DNA from: Hyphochytrium catenoides
Taxonomy: Eukaryota > Protista > Hyphochytriomycota
Direction of reading: 5' to 3'
Length of the DNA: 64,000 bases
Assembly (NCBI GenBank): GCA_900088475.1
Contig: FLMG01000350.1
Location: 1 to 64,000, forward strand
The notes under the pieces were generated by a model that made no database searches, was not told the origin of the DNA, and saw only the letters and a program-made list of their open reading frames with translations. Positions 55,828-64,000 of the stretch are shown piece after piece; positions within the stretch are counted from its first letter, which is position 1, and each line of letters begins with the position of its first letter. The position numbers and the translations under genes are program-made.

Positions 55828-58800
55828 ATGGATGGGTATGTCTGTTTCAAATGGAGCGTATGCTTATCCTCATCCGCTCATCCCTGTGCTTGTAGGAACT
55901 TGACCTGGGTGACCTTGGAGGTCTTCGAGCAGAAAGATGATGGATCACAGGTGTCTTTGGGAGTTTTGACAGTCTTCAACGAGCTGCTCAATAAGCAAGA
56001 TGAGCTTCAGCGCTGGATTAAAGAATATATCATTAGAGCTCCTGTGAACCTGGCGATTTTAGAAATCTCAGCCCTCCCATGCTGCCACACTGTAGATGGG
56101 CCACAAAGAAGGAAAGTACTAGTAAAAAAAATAAGACTTGTCAAGGAAACGAAACAAGAAGCACAAGTCAAGGAGCGCCAGAATCTGGCACTATCAAGTT
56201 TTCTAAAGCGCTTAGGAGCGGATAGTTCGCAGGATGAAATTAAATCAGAGACAAGACCTTCTAAGGAAAGCGCAAGCTCACCCCAGAGAGCTACTACAGC
56301 TCTCTCTTCTGTTAAACCTCCACGTACTGTCGTACCCCATACTCATCGGGAAGAAATAAGGAGGGAGCCAGTAAGAGAGGAACCTCACCAAATATCGCCA
56401 AGTGGGCCGGCGAACCCTGACAGATCCGAATCAAGTCAGGAGGAAGTTTTATCTTCAAGCCAGGAAGTACGCAGGAGTTCGGGTGTTGTCTCACAATCAA
56501 AGGCCGTAGAAGGTCAACACGCAGAACGTGCCTTCACTTATGACGATAAGTCGTCAATGCCTGATAACACCTCTAAAGGTGAGGGTTCAGTGGAGAAAGT
56601 GGAACCCCGTCCTAGGGCCCCCAAGAAAAATCCTCGCCGTGCCATTTCCTTCTCTAAGCAAGGGATAGTTGTCGGAGAGCTAAAAGACCTTACGGTGCAG
56701 CTAATGGAATCCTTGGAAGACCTAGATGCTGCTATCCTCAAAGTCGTAGGTCCAGGACCCCACTCTACCCCTCAGGGGGAAGCACTTGAGAACCCAGAAG
56801 CCTCGGAGACGCCTCTGAAACACCAGGACCATGGATCCTCTGAAAAAGGGGCGGCCGTATCGCAGGGGATAACGACACTTACAAGAGGCATGGAGTGGAC
56901 CTTTACGATCCCCAAGACCTTGCTCTATAGGACTAGTAAGGGTCTCGACGTGACTCCAGGCACGGGTAAGTACCCTCCTTTAACCTAGTACACCAACTCT
57001 AGTCGTTCTCTTATGGTCCATGGGCAAGTGCGCCATTTTCCCATTAGGCGCTCTCATCTGACGGATGTGATCAACTACTTATGCGTGGAACATGACGAAG
57101 AGGGCCGACCGATAGTTCGCCTCCGCCCAGAGAGGACTTATCCAACAATTGTGGCTTTCGAGAAAAGTACTGTGGATGCTCGCCTGTTACGTTCCCAAGA
57201 ACCCGCAGATGTGCTGGTAGCCGCGGCGGCCTCGTCAATTGTCCGCGATACTTTCAAAGAGGAACCGGAAGAATGTGGTTTTACTCCACCTGTTATTGTT
57301 GAAGAAGATGAAGAGATGATCCAAATCAAGGCCCTTCTGAGCTGGAGCCAAGAGCTTGATCTGCCGTATCCTGTCGCAAGTTGGGAGACGTTTACTCCAA
57401 CAGTGGAGAATAAAGAGTGCTCTCCGATACGATCAAGGCTTTTGAAAACGGAGCTGGAGATCTGGGATATGGCGGAGGTCTCCATCAACTCCCGAGACCT
57501 CGTTCAGCTGTGTCGACGGCTGATTTTGGCCGACATTGAACTGTTTTTGCAGACCTTCCAGCTGTCGCGGGTGGCTGATGCTGAATTCATTATGCCTTTT
57601 ACCAAACTTCTACGGAGGATTAGGTAGGTTGCCGTATTATTGGATACGGACCTTCCATTGCTAACGGTCCAACCCCTATCTTCCTTCGTTCAGCCTCTGT
57701 GTTGAATGGAGTAACTGGCATGAGTTTGAAACACAGCGACGTTACTTCTTCTTTCAAAGGGGCATCTATCGAATCAAAGCACTACTTGCAACATCCATCA
57801 GAAAGCCAGAGATAATGGCCTTGCTTGGTCGATTGCAGTCAGGCATACACTCGATTCAACCTTTGACTCTGAGAATTTTGGATGCTTTTTCTATCCTGTT
57901 TGGATGTCCACACTCTAATAGCAGTAACGCAGAGTTGAGGGTATCGTCAACCCTACGGCATCTTCTCTCGTCCAATCCCGAACAGATCTTACATGGGCTT
58001 AGAGAGAGCGACCTAGGCGATCCGCAGACAATCTCCCTTATCCGGAGAATAGCTTTGGATGAAGTCTACTTGGCGGCGGATTGCTCGGAGAAAACTGCCC
58101 CTTATTCCATTAGGGCGATTCACGAAATGTTTTGCATAATGCACCATGTACCCAATATGTCCCTATTCCAAGCACTAGCCGAGGGGGAGGAGGCCGCGAA
58201 AATGGTCCGAGGATTTCTGCGACATATATCCACAATGGTAACGAAATGCTGTATTCATCGTGTTGGTACTGGTTTTCGACACTCTTCGACCCATTATGTC
58301 TCTTGCTGTCGATCTATGTGGTAGTATCCTACCATGTTGACCAGTTTTCAGTCTTTTATGACCAGGGAAGTCCTAGTCCTTCCGTCCGACTCTCCAGAAC
58401 TATACATGGAGGATAGAGAAGCTCTATTCAGCCAATTAGGAGACTTAAATGGTCATCTTGCCTTCAACCTGAGTCTTGACTACGCTGCCTGCATCTCGGC
58501 CGACAGAAGAGCCCGGCAGTTGGCGACCTCCCTACAGCTAGGTCAAGAATATTGGACGGATTACAAGTTTCACGTTTCTAGAAGGTAAACCCCATCATGG
58601 GCAGCGATGCTAATTGATGGGTCTCTAATATTGGTTGAGAAAGGTTCATCATTGACGGACCGAAGGACGTCATCTCCGAACATATTGTTCAACTGCCATT
58701 GACTGGTGATGAACTCAAATCATCACTCCACCGAATCTCCCCGCTTCAAGAAGCCGCTCGAGGTCTAGTTGATGGCGGAATAGCCGATAAGGGCGCCGGA

Positions 58801-61800
58801 CGAATCTTCGCGCTGGGCATGAACCTTCGGTAAGCAGGTTGTGCTTATCGAACATCTTGACCCATACTAATCTCATCTCCTAGGCACCTCGCGTCTCTAG
58901 AGACCTGTAAAACCTCTGCAGCTATTATGAGTGCTGACGCAGTTGCCGGAATTGGAGTTTATCGCCATTCTGTAGCTACTGACAACTGGCTAACTGTAGT
59001 GATCAGGGTTTATACCCATAATAATAGCCAGGTGCAACAACGAACTTTCAGTGATGCTTTGCGCAACCTCAAGAGCGTTCTTATTGAGCGGAAAGAGAGC
59101 TTTGCGATGGTGTGCTGGAGGCAGCTTTTACCAACGTTTTGCTACTGGCATTTGCGGAATCCATCCAACAGAGCGGATCAGCTTTTACTGTTAAACGTGA
59201 TAGAACTGATGATTGTATTCCTTCCTGGAGTGGATCTCACTGGAGAGGAGCTGCAGGAAGCAATTTCCCTGCTTTTGGAGTTGCTCTCGGACGAAAGAGC
59301 TCAAGCCACGTCTTTAAGGAGTACAATCCTTGCTGCTTTGACGACTTTGTCTGCTTGGAATGTATCCTTAGGANNNNNNNNNNNNNNNNNNNNNNNNNNN
59401 NNNNNNNNNNNNNNNNNNNNNNNNNNNNNNNNNNNNAGGGAGAAAATACCTCTCTAAGCATTGGAAAGCGGTGTCATCAATAGTGCAGCACCTCGCAAGC
59501 TGGCCCCACGCAAGCGATAGCGGTTTGCTGGTGTGGCACGCTCCTGAGGTTCTGCTATGCGCCGATTGGCACGCAATGAACCGATGGCCCATAGAGCTTA
59601 TCCATTCTGCGTTGGAACTGCCAGGCTTTAGACTACACATGCCAGTAAACGCTACCATTGGACATGTTCCAAGTAAGGAATGCCCCTGTGGATGTGGCTA
59701 CTCAATCAACTTTTCAGCTTCACCTGAGAGCGAATGGCTGGGAGCTAGAAGTGACTGGTGGCATGAGCAAGCAGTCAATCGTCTCTTCTTGACACTAGTA
59801 AGGACCAGAGGTGGTCAAGCTTGGATGTATCAAGCATTGGATGGCAGTAATATAGACCTGGTCCTGACTAAGCTGCAGTGGGTTGGGAAACACGACACTT
59901 ATTTAGTCCTCCAGGAAGGGCTCGTATGTGTGGCAAAGAGCTTAGGAGGTGAATACGCTCAAGCTCTGACCAGAAGTCCAGCTTACCCCGGCTTACTGCT
60001 CAAGATACTCTGCTTTGTTAAAGTGCTCAGATCATCTAAGGAGAGACGAGACCTCTATAGTTGCGCCGTAGAGAGTTTGCTATCTGATGGCAAGCCATAT
60101 TACCCGAATCTGTTGCGTGTGCTATGGCAGCACCTTCACTTCAGTCCTCCCGATGATAGCGCTGACCTATGGTGGTGTTCCTGCCACACCTTTCCTCTCC
60201 GTGATTTGGGTCCTACTAGCCAAAGAGCGTGCGTGATGGGCTTGGAGTGCTCCAGGTTGCATGACCCTCAGCGGAAGCTATTTTTTGAACTTCTAGCGAG
60301 CGCCTGTCAAGCGGGATGTAGCCAAGATGCAGTTTCAGAGCCAATACACGCCTTTGTTCACGCGTTGGCAAAGCATCTGGACGGAGACATCTCACTGGGA
60401 ACAGAGTCAAGCAACTCAACGCAGATCCCAGCGGAACCGATTTCACTTAAATTTATCCACTGCATGCTCATGAACAACTATGCGTCCGGCACACGTGCTG
60501 CTCCTGTAGTTACAAGGAACCTTGTGGGACTATTTGAGCAAGGGAACGTTAGAGTCGTTAGCAACCCCTTGGCCATCCGTAGTCTGTGTATACTGGTAGC
60601 CTCCTTGACTCGAGAAAGCGACGACGAAACCCTGCGGCTTGAAGAGCGAACCTTCGGACTCTTGCTCCAGCCGTTGATGAAGCTAGTGCAGGAAAAGACG
60701 AAGAGTTTGAAGTATTCGTTAAAGCAACCCAACTTTCTGAAGGGAGACGTCACACAAAAGGAAATGGATGCATGGGCAGATTTGTTTCGGCTCTGTACTA
60801 GTCGAGCAAACATTGCTAGCCACGCATTTGAATCCAGCTTTCTTTACTACTTGCTAGCGGTAAGCATTGATACTTTGCAGTTATTTCTCAAAGACTATTT
60901 TCAACCAAAATTCAGCGCGTGTGTTCCGCAACTCTGGCCCACTCTCTCTTTGCTATTCTCACTAACCGGTATACCGCAGACACTTCATGAGTTTATGAGC
61001 TTCATCAGTTCGCCTCAAGAAGCAAAATACTCATACGCCGGAGAGGGCCTCTTTGCGTCGGCAACCAGCTTCTTGCGCTGTGCGTCAGAAAGGGGTGTTG
61101 ACTATCAGCAGTTGCCGATTGGAGGCTCCTTTATAGACACAATGTTCAGGGCTATGCCCTCCAATCTGCAGGTAATAGGTTCATTTATATCGGGTACAGG
61201 TAGAATCTTTACACCAGAAGTTTCAGGGCTCCATCCTGGCCTTACTTGAGAGTTTGTCTCGTCATGAAGATGGCAAGCGGGTCATATACAAATACCTTTC
61301 CCAGAAGGAAGAAAAAGAGCGTGAGCTGCCGGGGATAAGAAAGCTTGTTTCCTTACTGAAAAGTAACCACCTGTCGCCCTTATTGACCCGGAGTCTCGCA
61401 GCTGAGCAAGCTAGTGCGGCAGGTACCCATTCAATACCGCTGAGCGTCGAGTGCGGAAAAGAACTGACTGCTTGTCTCGGCTCCTTTAGCGCTGATTGCT
61501 AATTTACTGGTTGATAATACCTCCAACGGGCTCCGAACTTCCGCCATCGCACAGTCTTGGTATGATATGACTCATGTCCTTGACTCTAGCACGGTCATGA
61601 CGCTTCTGAAGTGGCATTGTGACTTCCATATGGATGCATTGAATCTCGCACCCGAGGCTGACGGGACTTTGACAGAGCCAATTCTCCATGTCCGAAGGGT
61701 GGTAGTCCATTTGATCGGTTAGTGGCCGTGATTTGCTCTTCAGATTGCCTGCCATTTGACCCGACGTCATGTAGGTAGCTCGGTTCAGCTGTCACTGTCC

Positions 61801-64000
61801 TCCAAAGAGCTCCAGTGTGGCGGTAAATATGACTGTGTGTGGCCATCGTTAGAGGGCTATTATGAAATTAAGGCGATTCTTCTAAAGCTAATGGGTGCAA
61901 TTATGGGTCTGGAATTCTTGTCCAAGCAAAAGGACGCCTCTGACCTTCACAAACCTATGACAACGCTCCTCGCAAGTCTATCAGAGTCCGACGCTAGAGT
62001 TAGGGAGTCTGCTAGTAAGATGTTGGTCTGCCTTTGGGCTAGCAGCTCCCCTGGAAGACACATCTTCCTTGACCCACCGCTAAGCACAGCAGAAAGACTG
62101 TTGGACGCCTCGGATATTGGCACTCGCTCAGAGGGATTACGAATTCTGATAGATTTAAGTTCAACCTTCATGCCAGCCCGAAAGGTTCTCGGAGAAAAGC
62201 TAGAACTTTTATTGGCTGCCATCCAAGGCGAATCTCTTCAGATGCGATTTCAGGTAAGTGCATCCTTGCCACAGATTATGAGTGAACAGCTCTTCATCCT
62301 TCTCTTCAATTTACCAGGGCTGGCGGGGCATTGTCTGCATAGCTGAGTTTGCAGAGACGTTCCTTAAGGAGCGGCTGTCGTTCGAGTTTCAGGTTTCAAA
62401 AGTGGGAAGCTACCTTCAGAATGTCTTGAAACTCGACTATCAAACACCTTCAGAAGCAGAATGGGCTAAGGAAAGTGCAATGGCTATCAAGGGGATGCAG
62501 CTTTTAGTTCTTCTAGGGCCAAGTAGCCTCAACAAGGCTTTCTTTGAATATCTACGCGTATTGATACTGTCTCTGGTGGAGTGTCTACGGCTCACAAGCC
62601 CCCCAAATCAGCCCAGCATGGTCAACCAGAGAGCGATGGCCATCCTGCCACAGTACCTCCGGGCTGTGGCAATGCTTCTGACCTCGTTACCTACTTCCTC
62701 TAAGACAAGGGATATGGAGGCCATCTGTGACCTGCTGAACTCAAGTAACATATTGAGTAGTCTTGCTTTCACACTACGTCAATCTCAGGTGGAGAGCTTA
62801 CTAATGTCTGTGCTGAAGGTGACGTTTTGGATAGCCAACGTCTCAGATACCTCTCAACTGTCTCCTGACTGTTTACAGTCGCTGATCACCTCCCTCATTG
62901 ATATACTTCAAAGATTTTCTCTTACACCAATGGAAGCGCTGTCCCCGATCTCTCAACCTCTAGGTCTAGACATCCCCACCAACGTTAAGGCTCATGAGGA
63001 TAACACGGCTCAATGTACTGATGCTAATCTCGCCTGCATATATATATGCATGGTATTACCTGTGCGAAACGCAAGGTGTAACGGTGAAGCTAGTGCTGTT
63101 CCCAGGCGTCCAGGTGCTTCCGCTGCGCGACCACAGATGAAAGCAATGGATGACCTTCCTAACCCGGACGCCTGTTCAATTACGTCCCTTGGCAGACCTA
63201 TTGTTCAGCCAAAGAATGCACCCACGAATGGCGCTTCATTGCCGACAACGGACCCATCATTACCTAAGAATCCAGCATGGGTACAAGCGGCAAGGTCAGC
63301 GCAAGATGATCTTCACACTAGGGTACTCTCCAGTCCAGCAGGCCACCACCGTGCCGACTGCACTGGCAAATCTAGCTGTCTAGAAGTAGTTGAACTATAC
63401 TCCAAGCATACACTGCGCCTTTATCATCTGGCGCTTCGAGTACTTGCAGTTATTACTGTCTCGTTGGATACCGCTCATCAAGTAGCGGACGATCTCACGG
63501 GAAGTATTCATGTCAGCCGGACCTCTGAAGACCCAAGTGAAGGAAAAAACGCCAAACTATCGGCAAAAGTGATTTTTCAAAACTCAATAGCAGGCCTCAA
63601 CTCCCTGACTGGTTACCTCTACACTGTTCCTTGTTCCCCTCAAAGCAAATCTCCAGCTTCCGAAGAGAAAGGTATCTGGAGGTTGGTCAGGGAGATGCAG
63701 ATGGATGCTTTGTGCATTCTGGCATCACTTCTTTGCAACAACGCCAACAAGATAGCTTTTGTCTCTCCTCAACATCGGCGCTCTCTAAGCAGGAAGGTCT
63801 ACAGCTTTGAGGAGGAGACATTGCAAAAGGCATGGGGCCGATCTAACATTTTCGTTCTACCCCAACTTACTCGTCTCCTCTGCGACAGTAACAACCTGGA
63901 GACACAGGCATTGTCAATGGTCATTTTCGCTTCTCTTTTCTCCTATTCAGTATCGGCTGAGGTCGTCATACGATGGTCAGATGAAGATCCTTGGTTTGCA
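55828..64000 (+). CDS. Very large uncharacterised Leu-rich helical (ARM/HEAT-like) protein, 3' end outside window
   Basis: Chain of long + ORFs (409, 204, 169, 176, 592, 196 aa) separated by short GT-AG introns. No family recognised and some junctions are unresolved. Confidence 0.65.
59374..59436. other. Assembly gap (63 N)
   Basis: Run of N. The reading frame changes across it. Confidence 0.99.

Noticed and set aside
59341-59480. Frameshift suggesting a pseudogene
   Set aside because: It coincides with the N gap, so a wrong gap size or a hidden intron explains it.

Overview
Gene-dense eukaryotic nuclear DNA with many short spliceosomal introns (mostly 50-70 nt). A stramenopile origin is my inference, not confirmed. 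Genes in order: kinesin-1-like motor carrying a PHD finger (-), tandem-SH3 protein (-), bHLH-PAS transcription factor (+), HOOK-domain coiled-coil protein (+), Gemin5-like WD40 protein (+), LSM12 (+), FSH1-family hydrolase (-), WD40-FN3 protein (+), APC5 (+), NIPA-family transporter with an N-terminal Frizzled-like Cys-rich domain (+), a small coiled-coil protein (-), RNA polymerase I largest subunit RPA1 (-), XPD/ERCC2 helicase (+), two decayed non-LTR retrotransposon fragments in opposite orientation, and a very large unknown protein running off the end (contains a 63-N gap). Best non-obvious signals: (1) two box C/D snoRNA-like elements in the longest RPA1 intron sharing a guide to SSU rRNA AGCGUAUAUU; (2) the Cys-rich-domain/NIPA fusion; (3) a Tudor-like module inserted in RPA1; (4) a CaaX-like C-terminus (CNQQ) on the HOOK protein. 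Exon boundaries were read by eye and family assignments rest on remembered motifs, not database searches.
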